From: an uncultured Christensenellaceae bacterium | GTDB taxonomy: Bacteria > Bacillota > Clostridia > Christensenellales > Christensenellaceae | Assembly (NCBI GenBank): GCA_964370275.1 | Contig: CAYJIQ010000002.1 | Coordinates: 1-27,213 of the forward strand | Reading direction: 5' to 3' | Length of the DNA: 27,213 nucleotides | Position numbers and translations under genes: made by a program | The notes under the pieces: model-generated | What the model was told of the DNA's origin: nothing | The model's input: the letters and a program-made list of their open reading frames with translations, nothing else | Database searches by the model: none | Shown here: in pieces, positions 1-8,060 of the stretch | How the letters are laid out: every line of letters starts with the position of its first letter | How positions within the stretch are numbered: the first letter of the stretch is position 1

Positions 1-21
1 CGGAAATAGAAAGGTAAAATT

Positions 22-1449
22 ATGAAACCCATAGCGACACCAAAACAGGCACTCGAAATTGACAGCCATATGATTAACTTCTCTAAGATACCCGGGATCC
101 TTCTGATGGAACAAGCTTCCACAGGTGTTGCTAACGTCATAATGAAGATGATTCCTCAGGGGCGAATTTTAGTGCTCTGCGGAGATGGCAACAACGGAGG
201 AGACGGACTTGCGCTTGCGAGAATTCTGCTAGCTCACGGCTACGACGTTCACGTCGCCTGCAATTCAGACGCAAAAAGACCGCCCGATTCCCAAGTGAAC
301 TATGACTTTTGGGCAAACCAAGAGACTTTGCCGCTCGAACCGCATGTGGTTATAGACGTTTTTGATGTCATTGTCGATGCGATGTTTGGAGTCGGGCTTA
401 ATAAACCTCTTGAGGGAAAATATCTAAGCATTGCGCACGCAATAAACGAATGTTCCGCCAAAGTTGTCGCTGTGGACATCCCCTCAGGTGTCTTTGGAAA
501 GTCCGGTTGGTGCGAATGCGCAGTACGCGCCGACGTTACAGTGACCTTTCAACACGCAAAACCGGGGCATCTTTTATATCCCGGAGCTAGCTACTCGGGG
601 GAGCTTCACGTCATACCCATCGGCGTTCATAACGTAAAGACAGATATTTTTCACTACGACGTTTCCATGTTGCCGCAAAGACGCAGAAATTCCAACAAGG
701 GAACATACGGAAAAGCGGGAATTATAGCCGGAAGCCGAGGCATGGCGGGCGCAGCGGTGCTTGCGACGACGGCTTGCATCAGAGGTGGCGCGGGGCTTAC
801 CCGAGCGTTTGCCTGCGAATATGTCGGCGAAATTTTGCAAAAGAACGTCCTTGAAGCGACGGTAACCTTCACAACGGACGAGTTCTACTTCACCGACATG
901 AGCATTTCAAAACTTAAAAAGTTCCTCAAATGCTGCTCTGCCTTTTGCATAGGGCCGGGACTCGGACTTGATGTTTCTAAGGATTTTATCCTCACTGCAA
1001 TTTCCAGCGACATCCCAAAGGTAGTGGATGCCGACGCTCTGAACCTATCTATCGGCGAAGATTTTGGCAAAAACACCGTCGTAACTCCTCATCCGGGAGA
1101 GTTTTCTCGCATGAGCGGACTAAGTGTTGAACAGATACTAAAAGATCCTCTTGCTCACTGCAAAAACTTTGCAAGGGAAAAGGGGGTTGTCTGCCTGCTA
1201 AAAGGCGCCTCAACCGTGGTGAGCGACGGCGAAGTTTCGGGAATCGTCACTGCGGGCAGCCCCGGAATGGCAAAGGGTGGCAGCGGAGATGTCCTTGCGG
1301 GCTACATTACCGCACTTTTGGCTCAGGGTTTTTCCCCAATGCAATCCACACTTGAAGGCGCTTTGCTTTGCGCAACAGCGGCAGAAAAGCTCGAAACGCA
1401 AAAAAACACCCGTTCTATGTCTGCGGGCGATGTGCTTGAATTGCTCTAG
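22..1449 (+). CDS. nnr: Bifunctional NAD(P)H-hydrate epimerase/dehydratase (YjeF/Nnr)
   Basis: YjeF_N motifs CGDGNNGGDG, VDAMFGVG and DIPSG; kinase-like domain motifs GPGLG, VDADAL, TPHPGE and GGSGDVLAG; AAAGGT RBS upstream. Confidence 0.95.
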   Translation: MKPIATPKQALEIDSHMINFSKIPGILLMEQASTGVANVIMKMIPQGRILVLCGDGNNGGDGLALARILLAHGYDVHVACNSDAKRPPDSQVNYDFWANQETLPLEPHVVIDVFDVIVDAMFGVGLNKPLEGKYLSIAHAINECSAKVVAVDIPSGVFGKSGWCECAVRADVTVTFQHAKPGHLLYPGASYSGELHVIPIGVHNVKTDIFHYDVSMLPQRRRNSNKGTYGKAGIIAGSRGMAGAAVLATTACIRGGAGLTRAFACEYVGEILQKNVLEATVTFTTDEFYFTDMSISKLKKFLKCCSAFCIGPGLGLDVSKDFILTAISSDIPKVVDADALNLSIGEDFGKNTVVTPHPGEFSRMSGLSVEQILKDPLAHCKNFAREKGVVCLLKGASTVVSDGEVSGIVTAGSPGMAKGGSGDVLAGYITALLAQGFSPMQSTLEGALLCATAAEKLETQKNTRSMSAGDVLELL

Positions 1450-1480
1450 TTTGATTTACAAATAATCTCAACAACTTGCA

Positions 1481-1513
1481 ATAGATCCGTAGTGCACTGC
1501 ACTACGGATCTAT
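1481..1513. terminator. Perfect palindrome with 16-bp arms between convergent nnr and XRE genes; probable bidirectional terminator
   Basis: ATAGATCCGTAGTGCA-C-TGCACTACGGATCTAT; overlaps the XRE stop codon. Confidence 0.6.
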
Positions 1514-1741
1514 ATTTTCGTCTTCAAAAATTGGCGAGTTGAAAAACTCAGTTAAACTAATCCCGAAACCCTGACACATTTCGTGAATTATTCGAAGTTT
1601 TACCGAGTCGTATGAGCAACCCACAACGTTTGCTATCGTCGTCTTAGGAACTCCGCTTTTTATAAACAACTGATACTGGGTCATGTTGTTTTGCTCGAGT
1701 AATTCCTTTAGCCGTTGGCTAACAGCAGCGTTTAATTTCAA
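1502..1741 (-). CDS. Small XRE/Cro-C1 family HTH transcriptional regulator
   Basis: 79 aa with pattern RLKELL..NNMTQYQL...SGVPKTTI...GISLTEFF; TTG start with GGAG RBS. Confidence 0.88.
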   Translation of the reverse strand: MKLNAAVSQRLKELLEQNNMTQYQLFIKSGVPKTTIANVVGCSYDSVKLRIIHEMCQGFGISLTEFFNSPIFEDENIDP

Positions 1742-1825
1742 ATTATAGTCTCCGTATCTTTTACTTGATTATATCCGCAATAAAGAAGAAAATAGTCCCT
1801 GTACCTTTACATTTTTATTATTTTA

Positions 1826-1836
1826 TGTGGTATGAT
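1826..1836 (+). promoter_or_regulatory. Extended -10 promoter for the 61-aa ORF
   Basis: TGTGGTATGAT (TRTGn-TATGAT) in AT-rich DNA about 30 nt upstream of the ATG at 1869. Confidence 0.5.
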
Positions 1837-1868
1837 TTTAATATATTCAAAAAAAAGAAGGTAATTTT

Positions 1869-2054
1869 ATGCAAAACAATATTTTACTATTTAAAAACGA
1901 TGAACTTGATCAAGAACTCGCTAAACAGCGGAAAATATTGGAAGAACTGACTAATAATGTTATAAACGAAGGAAAAAGTCTGGGAGAGGATGCAAAAGTT
2001 GTCGAACAGAACCGATTGGTAAGCAAACTGGTAGAGGCTTATCTGGGTTTGTAA
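1869..2054 (+). CDS. Small protein resembling Spo0E-like aspartyl-phosphate phosphatases
   Basis: 61 aa, AGAAGG RBS, two-helix pattern L..QRKILEEL...GKSL...VVEQNRLVSKLVEAY; the SQELD signature is degenerate. Confidence 0.55.
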   Translation: MQNNILLFKNDELDQELAKQRKILEELTNNVINEGKSLGEDAKVVEQNRLVSKLVEAYLGL

Positions 2055-2108
2055 AGTAAAGTTTTTCTCTTTGGTTTTTTAATATACCGCCGCCCAAAGA
2101 GCATGAAC

Positions 2109-2178
2109 ATATACAAAAGGTCTATGATGTATTTTGACATGCGAAAATGTTAAAGCACATAATAGACCTTTTGTGTAT
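2109..2178. repeat. Long imperfect inverted repeat (32-nt arms, 6-nt loop) between convergent genes
   Basis: ATATACAAAAGGTCTATGATGTATTTTGACAT-GCGAAA-ATGTTAAAGCACATAATAGACCTTTTGTGTAT; 5 non-Watson-Crick positions, 3 of them G-U compatible. Confidence 0.8.
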
Positions 2179-2212
2179 AATAAATTTATCTGATTTTATC
2201 TGCGAAGTTTAG

Positions 2213-3778
2213 TTATAGCTTATCAACCGAGAGCTTATACTCCATCGAATCTCTCAGCGCTATGTAGCTCGCCTCTATGATGTCGTTTGAGATCCCGACC
2301 GTAGACCAGCGCTTTTCGCCGTCCGTCGACTCTATAACTACCCTAACCGTTGCCGCTGTCGTCGCCGACTGTTCTAGCACACGCACCTTAAAGTCTACAA
2401 GGGTCACACTTTCAAGCTCGGGATAAAAGCGAACCAGCGCACGCCTCAGCGCCTTATCCATCGCGTGAACGGGGCCTTCTCCCTCTGCCGCTGCGATTTC
2501 AAACTTTCCCTGCACAGCAACTTTAAGCATCGCCGTTGACGAGTGTTTTCCGTGCGACTGCTCGCTCATTAGCTTAAGATATTCAAGGTCAAAAAACTTT
2601 GGTAAAATCCCAAGTGTCCGCCTTACGACTAGCTCAAACGACTCTTCCGCCGCCTCAAACTGATACCCGCTGTATTCAAGCTCCTTTAGCTTTTGCATAA
2701 CAAGCTCAACCTGCGCACTTCCCCGTTCAAGAGTCGGGTCAATAGACTTTAGTTTGAGATAGACCGCACTTTTTCCCGAAATTTCACTCATGAGAAAGCG
2801 TCTGTTATTTCCGACGATTTCAGGATCTATATGCTCAAACGAATATGAAACTTTTGCAACTCCATCTGCGTGCATCCCTGCCTTGTGTGCAAACGCACTT
2901 CTGCCGACATAGGGCTTGTGCGAACCGAGCGGGAAGTTTGCAAGCGCAGCCACACGCCTTGCACATGCTCTTAGCTCCTGCATCTTTTCGCTCGGTATGC
3001 AGTCGTATCCCATCTTAAGCTGTAAATTGGGGATTAGCGTTGTAAGCGGCGCATTTCCGCACCTTTCACCAAATCCCGTAAATGTTCCTTGAACATGCGT
3101 CGCACCACACTCAACCGCCTCAATCGTGTTTGCAACCGCAAGTCCGCAGGCGTCGGGCGCATGAATCCCCACGCTTATGCCGGGAAACGCAGCTACAACT
3201 TTTGTAACCACCGCCTTCACATCACCGGGGAAACATCCTCCGTTTGTGTCGCACAGGCAAACGGTATCCGCACCCGCCCTCACCGCGCTTTCAAGCGAGC
3301 TCATCGCATATTGTGCATCAAGCTTATATCCGTCAAAGAAATGTTCTGCATCGTATATAACCTCTTTCATGTGCTTTTTTAGATGCGCCACGCTGTCGTA
3401 GATCATAGCCAAATTTTCTTCAAGCGTCGCCCCAAGCACCTCCTTAACATGCAAAACCGAGGATTTTCCGAAAACAACAGCGACATTTGCACCACTGCCT
3501 ATGATAGCTTTCATAGTCTCATCCTCGCAGACATCGATATTTTTTCTGCGCGTACTTCCAAATGCACAAACAGTCGAAAGAGGATTTTGCTCGGATTTAA
3601 CAGCATTAAAAAGCTCGGCATCCTTTTTATTGGAAGCCGGATTTCCTGCCTCAATGTATGTGATGCCGATGCTGCCCAGCGTTTTTAGGATTTTTAGGCG
3701 ATCTTCAAGCGTGAGGTTTACCCCTTCGCCCTGTATTCCTTCGCGCAAAGTGCTGTCAAGTATGCTTATTTTTTTCAT
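2213..3778 (-). CDS. cimA: (R)-citramalate synthase (LeuA/CimA family)
   Basis: DSTLREG, AFGSTRR, DAEHFFDG, LCDTNGG, GERCGNA, AFAHKAGMH and a LeuA allosteric domain (GEGPVHAMDKALR); the HxH metal motif reads HAP. Confidence 0.9.
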   Translation of the reverse strand: MKKISILDSTLREGIQGEGVNLTLEDRLKILKTLGSIGITYIEAGNPASNKKDAELFNAVKSEQNPLSTVCAFGSTRRKNIDVCEDETMKAIIGSGANVAVVFGKSSVLHVKEVLGATLEENLAMIYDSVAHLKKHMKEVIYDAEHFFDGYKLDAQYAMSSLESAVRAGADTVCLCDTNGGCFPGDVKAVVTKVVAAFPGISVGIHAPDACGLAVANTIEAVECGATHVQGTFTGFGERCGNAPLTTLIPNLQLKMGYDCIPSEKMQELRACARRVAALANFPLGSHKPYVGRSAFAHKAGMHADGVAKVSYSFEHIDPEIVGNNRRFLMSEISGKSAVYLKLKSIDPTLERGSAQVELVMQKLKELEYSGYQFEAAEESFELVVRRTLGILPKFFDLEYLKLMSEQSHGKHSSTAMLKVAVQGKFEIAAAEGEGPVHAMDKALRRALVRFYPELESVTLVDFKVRVLEQSATTAATVRVVIESTDGEKRWSTVGISNDIIEASYIALRDSMEYKLSVDKL

Positions 3779-3831
3779 TTTCCCACCAATTTACTTACTT
3801 AATATTTTAAGGATATTTTAACAACTCAAAC

Positions 3832-3869
3832 GCGAAGATTTGCCTACTTTTCTCGCGACAAATCTTCGC
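3832..3869 (-). terminator. Hairpin downstream of fprA, putative terminator
   Basis: GCGAAGATTTG-N16-CAAATCTTCGC, an 11-bp perfect stem. Confidence 0.5.
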
Positions 3870-3900
3870 AACTGTAGTTTTAAAGACATCCTATATTATA

Positions 3901-5097
3901 CTACATCCCTTGTGCCAAGGTCTTGCCGAGCTCCCGTATCTGAGCTAATTCCTCTTCACCCGGGTTAAACCTCGCCTTCATAGTTCCCAGAACCTTGTAG
4001 CCCAATTTCTTAACCCTGTTTTCAGCCTCTGTTATCCCTTCCCCGCTCCAGCCATAAGTGCCAAAGACAATAGCCTTTCTTCCTCTTACAATCGGTATGG
4101 AAACGTGAGCCAGTGCTACGATAATCGGGGGGATTGCGTCCTGATTTATCGTCGGAGATCCTATCGCAAGCGCCGAAGCTTTCATTATCCGCTGTGTCGC
4201 TTCCTCCGCAGAGATTTCCGCAAGATCGGCTATGTCCACTTTTTTTCCGTTTCTTTCAAGCTCTTCTCTTAGTTCCTGAGCAAGCTTCGCCGTATATCCG
4301 TAGCTCGAAACGTAGCCGATAAATACCGTGTCCTTTTCGGGGACAACTTCCTTTGACCACTGCTCGTAGATCGTAACCGCCTCCATTGGATCCTTGTCTA
4401 AAACAGGTCCGTGTGAGGGCAAAATCGCCGAAATATTTGGCAAATTCAGCTCGCTGACATGCTTTATCGCCTTTAGTACATAAGGCGCAAACGGGCTTAC
4501 TATGCAGTCGTAATAGTGACGGCGAGCCTTTTTAAACTCGGGATCGGTTAGGCTTTCCAAAACTTTTTCGCTGGAGTAGTGACAGCCAAACGCATCGCAT
4601 GTGAACAAGCAACCCGACTTCTCCTCGTATGTAAACATCGTATCCGGCCAGTGAAGGAAGGGCGCAACGATAAACTTTAGCTTAATGTCGCCAAGGTCAA
4701 GCTCGTCTCCCTCTTTTACAACCGTTATGGGAAGCTCCCTGTTAGCTATGAAAGGAAGGTATTGCGAAGCGGCTTTTGTGCAGACAATCTGTGCACCCGG
4801 TGCCTGAGCGGAAATCGCCTCGACACAGCCCGAATGATCCGGCTCTGTATGCTGAACTACGATATAGTCTATCGTTGTCGGGTCTACAATCTGCGCTATT
4901 TTCTCTAAGCTATCCTCCAAATATCCGTCGCGCACACAGTCGATAAGTGCGGTTTTCTCGCTTCCTTTTACGATGTATGCGTTGTAGCTGGTTCCGTATT
5001 CCGTTTCCATAATGACATCAAATCTTTTTAAATCGGGATTCGTTACGCCAACCCAGTCTATGTTCTTTGCAATATTGATAGGTTTGTTCTCTTTCAT
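3901..5097 (-). CDS. fprA: Flavodiiron protein (A-type flavoprotein, O2/NO reductase)
   Basis: GTSYNAY, HTEPDH, HWPD, CDAFG and PSHG metallo-beta-lactamase motifs plus a flavodoxin domain (GSPT, FGTYGWSG); start placed at MKENKP behind an AAGGA RBS. Confidence 0.93.
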   Translation of the reverse strand: MKENKPINIAKNIDWVGVTNPDLKRFDVIMETEYGTSYNAYIVKGSEKTALIDCVRDGYLEDSLEKIAQIVDPTTIDYIVVQHTEPDHSGCVEAISAQAPGAQIVCTKAASQYLPFIANRELPITVVKEGDELDLGDIKLKFIVAPFLHWPDTMFTYEEKSGCLFTCDAFGCHYSSEKVLESLTDPEFKKARRHYYDCIVSPFAPYVLKAIKHVSELNLPNISAILPSHGPVLDKDPMEAVTIYEQWSKEVVPEKDTVFIGYVSSYGYTAKLAQELREELERNGKKVDIADLAEISAEEATQRIMKASALAIGSPTINQDAIPPIIVALAHVSIPIVRGRKAIVFGTYGWSGEGITEAENRVKKLGYKVLGTMKARFNPGEEELAQIRELGKTLAQGM

Positions 5098-5222
5098 CTC
5101 TGTTTCCTTCTTTATGTAATATTTTATTTGTTTACTGTTTGAGTGTTTTTTCACACTTCTAATATATTATAACACACTTCCAGGAAAAATAAACCTTAAT
5201 TAGTAAATTTTATTTATTAATA

Positions 5223-6104
5223 TTAAATATTATTAAGAGGAGGACTGTTGCATATGTATGAGCTCGTCATTATAGCAACCCTATCTATATTCTCCTTGTC
5301 CGCATACGTGTCAGCGTTTGTGTGAATTTTATCCAGATACATGCCTATTCCATCCTCTTTAAACGCACTTACCATCACAGCGTGAGAAAAAGATTTGTTG
5401 TCTGAGATGCAAAGGTTCGCCTTTTCTTGTTTTGCCGCCATGTGTACCGAGGCGAGCTTTCTTGCGGGAATTTCGTCATCCGCTTTAAACAGCACAAGCG
5501 GCTCTCCGACTCCTATGCAGTCCATAACTATAACAAAGCGATTTTTAGTTTCGTACTTTGCGGCAAATGCCATCGAACCGAGCATCCCCCATTCTTCGTT
5601 GTCGAAGAGAACAAAGGCAACCCTTCCTCTCATGTCTTTGGGAATGCGTTTTGCCGTCTCGAAAACCCCGCTCACCCCCGAGCTGTTGTCATTTGCGTTG
5701 TTTTTATTTTTAAGACAAAACATCATGAGGTATATCAAAACGTAAGCTATGGCAAAATTGCCCCAACCGGGAATGTCGAGTATCATGTTTAGCGCATACG
5801 TAACCCCAAAGGTTATTAGTATGGGAAGCAGTTGAAAAAAAATCGTTACGAATATTTTATTTAGATATCCCCTTATAGGCAAAAGCATCGTCCTCGGAGT
5901 GTCATAGTGAGCTCCGACAATAATCGATGCCCTACCGACATCGCCGATAACGAGATTTTGTGATTTTATCCCAATAGTACGCCCCTCTTGGATTTCGCAT
6001 ACGTAACCCAGCTCTTCAAACTCCTTGCGCGCATATTCAAGAAATGCAACCTTTTGTTTTCTTTTGTTTCTCACCGCATACGTCGATGTAAGTTCCTCTA
6101 GCAT
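5223..6104 (-). CDS. M28-family zinc peptidase with an internal two-TM insertion
   Basis: AHYDT, NANDNSSG, DNEEWG, MDCIG and IHT motifs; two hydrophobic segments between the first His and the DN motif. Confidence 0.85.
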   Translation of the reverse strand: MLEELTSTYAVRNKRKQKVAFLEYARKEFEELGYVCEIQEGRTIGIKSQNLVIGDVGRASIIVGAHYDTPRTMLLPIRGYLNKIFVTIFFQLLPILITFGVTYALNMILDIPGWGNFAIAYVLIYLMMFCLKNKNNANDNSSGVSGVFETAKRIPKDMRGRVAFVLFDNEEWGMLGSMAFAAKYETKNRFVIVMDCIGVGEPLVLFKADDEIPARKLASVHMAAKQEKANLCISDNKSFSHAVMVSAFKEDGIGMYLDKIHTNADTYADKENIDRVAIMTSSYICNSPPLNNI

Positions 6105-6202
6105 TGCCCCGCCTTTCAACCACCTATATTTTCTTTATTAATTATACAGTCTCTGCGACTCTTTTTCAACATGAAACGATTTTGCATTTCATATAATACA
6201 AC

Positions 6203-7132
6203 ATGAAAAAAATCGTGACTACCAATAAAAACTATACATATAGGCGCATGTGCGTTGAAACCGAGATTTTAAGCAACGTCTATTACCCCAAATGCAAGGT
6301 TTTTTCTATAGGAAAATCCGTTCAAAACAGAGACATTTTGTGCTTTTGCATCGGAAAGGGAAAGACAGATCTTCTTATCGTTGCCGCACACCACGCAAGA
6401 GAGCACATAAGCTCCACCTTCGCTATGGCTACAGCGGAGCGATTTTTGCGCAAGTGTTCCTGCGCAGACAGCCAAATCTGCCGTATCCTTGAAAATGTTA
6501 GGATTCACATAATCCCCATGCTAAACCCCGACGGCGTCGAACTTGCCGTAAAGGGAGCAAGCGTCGCAACGGCTGCCATTAAGAGCATGAAAAAAATCCA
6601 CCCCGGATACGAAACCTGGAAGGCAAACGCAAACGGAGTGGACTTAAACAGACACTACCCCTGTCTCTTCGACGAAAAATATTCCTGCATAGATGAACCC
6701 GCTTCTGAATTGTTTAAGGGAAAATTTCCCGCAACCGCACCCGAAGTCCGTGCGCTTATGAAGTACACACAATCGGTAAATTTCGACCTGGCAGCAACCT
6801 TTCATGCAAAGGGAGAAGAAATTTACTGGGCGGACGACAACACGCCTTCTCTTCATGAAATTACATTTCCTATAGCCCGAAAATTATGCAAAATTTCCGG
6901 CTATAAACTCATGCCTCCTTCTTCCGACCCGAAAATATACGGGGCAGGGTTTGAAAACTGGTTTCGTGCAACCTTCCTCAAACCCTGCATTTTGTTCGAA
7001 CTTTCGCCATTTATCGGCGGTTTTATACCTCACCCGCCCGAGAGGTTTTCGGAGCTCGTGTGGAGCAAAGCAAAAAACATCGGCTTGGCCCTCGCACAAG
7101 AGGCGTTTATGCTGGCCTCCGAGCGATACTAG
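6203..7132 (+). CDS. M14-family zinc peptidase, gamma-D-glutamyl-meso-diaminopimelate endopeptidase-like (YqgT/endopeptidase I type)
   Basis: HHAREH, PMLNPDGV, WKANANGVDLNRHYP, FHAKGEEIYW and C-terminal GFENWF...FEL. Confidence 0.88.
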   Translation: MKKIVTTNKNYTYRRMCVETEILSNVYYPKCKVFSIGKSVQNRDILCFCIGKGKTDLLIVAAHHAREHISSTFAMATAERFLRKCSCADSQICRILENVRIHIIPMLNPDGVELAVKGASVATAAIKSMKKIHPGYETWKANANGVDLNRHYPCLFDEKYSCIDEPASELFKGKFPATAPEVRALMKYTQSVNFDLAATFHAKGEEIYWADDNTPSLHEITFPIARKLCKISGYKLMPPSSDPKIYGAGFENWFRATFLKPCILFELSPFIGGFIPHPPERFSELVWSKAKNIGLALAQEAFMLASERY

Positions 7133-7578
7133 TCGCTCACTCGCAATCCCCTCTCCTTGGCAAAGACCGTCGTTGCTATGTCCAGCCAGTAGTAGACAGA
7201 GCGCTCACTCGCGGGAATCTCCATAGTCGCTTTGATAATCCTTCTCTTTAGATCACCTTTTCTTCGCTCGCTTTCGGGTTCGCTCATGTAGACTATACGC
7301 ACGGCAAGCGCAATCTCCGGCTGTTGTATATTCAGCCTGCGCAGTGTCTTTTGCGCCGCTTCGAGGTCGTCTAGCTCGGGTTTAGCCTGTTCAATCGCCT
7401 TTTCGGCGCGAATAATCGCCGATTCGGTTGGCTTTCCGGGGGACTGCGACCTTATTTGCGACCTCCCCGACTCCAAAGCTTCATTCCAAATCTTATGCTT
7501 ATATTCGCGAATATCCCCGAACTTCGCATAAAACCTAAAAGCATCTGCAGCGTAATCCTTGATGTATTTTTCCTTCAT
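7129..7578 (-). CDS. RinA/ArpU-like phage late-gene transcriptional activator
   Basis: 149 aa; PGKPTESAII, LEAAQKTL..L...AVRIVY and a C-terminal sigma-4-like HTH (IPASERSVYYW...FAKERG); GGAGG/AGGA RBS. Family recognised by pattern only. Confidence 0.65.
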   Translation of the reverse strand: MKEKYIKDYAADAFRFYAKFGDIREYKHKIWNEALESGRSQIRSQSPGKPTESAIIRAEKAIEQAKPELDDLEAAQKTLRRLNIQQPEIALAVRIVYMSEPESERRKGDLKRRIIKATMEIPASERSVYYWLDIATTVFAKERGLRVSD

Positions 7579-7596
7579 TTCCTACCGCCTCCGATT

Positions 7597-7758
7597 CTAA
7601 TATTCATCGTCCTCCGAACTTGATTCAAATCTTCCCGTGTCAAACATCCCTCCGACAATTCCCATTACATCCTCCGACGAAATCCCGGCCAGTTGCCGCA
7701 AGTCATAAGATATATCTCTAACGTCTACCAGCTCTTCCGAACATGTTGCACATCTCAT
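7597..7758 (-). CDS. 53-aa acidic hypothetical protein with N-terminal CxxC (not in ORF track)
   Basis: AAGGAG-N8-ATG; MRCATCSEELVDVRDISYDLRQLAGISSEDVMGIVGGMFDTGRFESSSEDDEY*; stops 18 nt before the activator start. Confidence 0.55.
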   Translation of the reverse strand: MRCATCSEELVDVRDISYDLRQLAGISSEDVMGIVGGMFDTGRFESSSEDDEY

Positions 7759-7784
7759 TTTTTCGACTCCTTCTATATTTTACC

Positions 7785-8000
7785 TTGCGTATTACGTAAG
7801 TTCTACCGTAGGACGTAAGGCGAATTGCAACGTTCACATCTCGCTAACTTTTGTATTATTTTATATCATCGCTTATTAATACGGAACTTTTTGTCAAATG
7901 CTAATATTTATCTTGTCTGTATACTATCATATTTTCGACGTTTTGTCAATACGTATTACGTAAGTTTCTATTTTTCGCTATTTCCTTGCATTATACGTAC
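7785..8000. promoter_or_regulatory. Four operator-like palindromes TTRCGT-N3-ACGTAA
   Basis: 7785 TTGCGT-ATT-ACGTAA; 7804 TACCGT-AGG-ACGTAA; 7949 ATACGT-ATT-ACGTAA; 7986 TTGCAT-TAT-ACGTAC. Confidence 0.8.
7921..7949 (-). promoter_or_regulatory. Leftward sigmaA promoter for the 53-aa ORF/activator operon
   Basis: TTGACA-N17-TAGTAT with extended TG on the minus strand; operator 3 abuts the -35. Confidence 0.7.
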
Positions 8001-8014
8001 TTATCTGATATAAT
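7986..8014 (+). promoter_or_regulatory. Rightward sigmaA promoter for the repressor
   Basis: TTGCAT-N17-TATAAT with extended TG; operator 4 overlaps the -35. Confidence 0.75.
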
Positions 8015-8060
8015 TACAAAGCAGAGAGTTTTTAACTGCAATACAGACGGAGGTGTCGCA

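Noticed and set aside
7986..8060. ORF-track N-terminal extensions (repressor from 7986; likewise fprA 5154, M28 6119, csp 9429, secA 15457, pfkA 19731, rqcH 22454)
   Set aside because: The extensions overlap promoter or RBS sequence; the downstream ATGs have good SD motifs and fit family N-termini.
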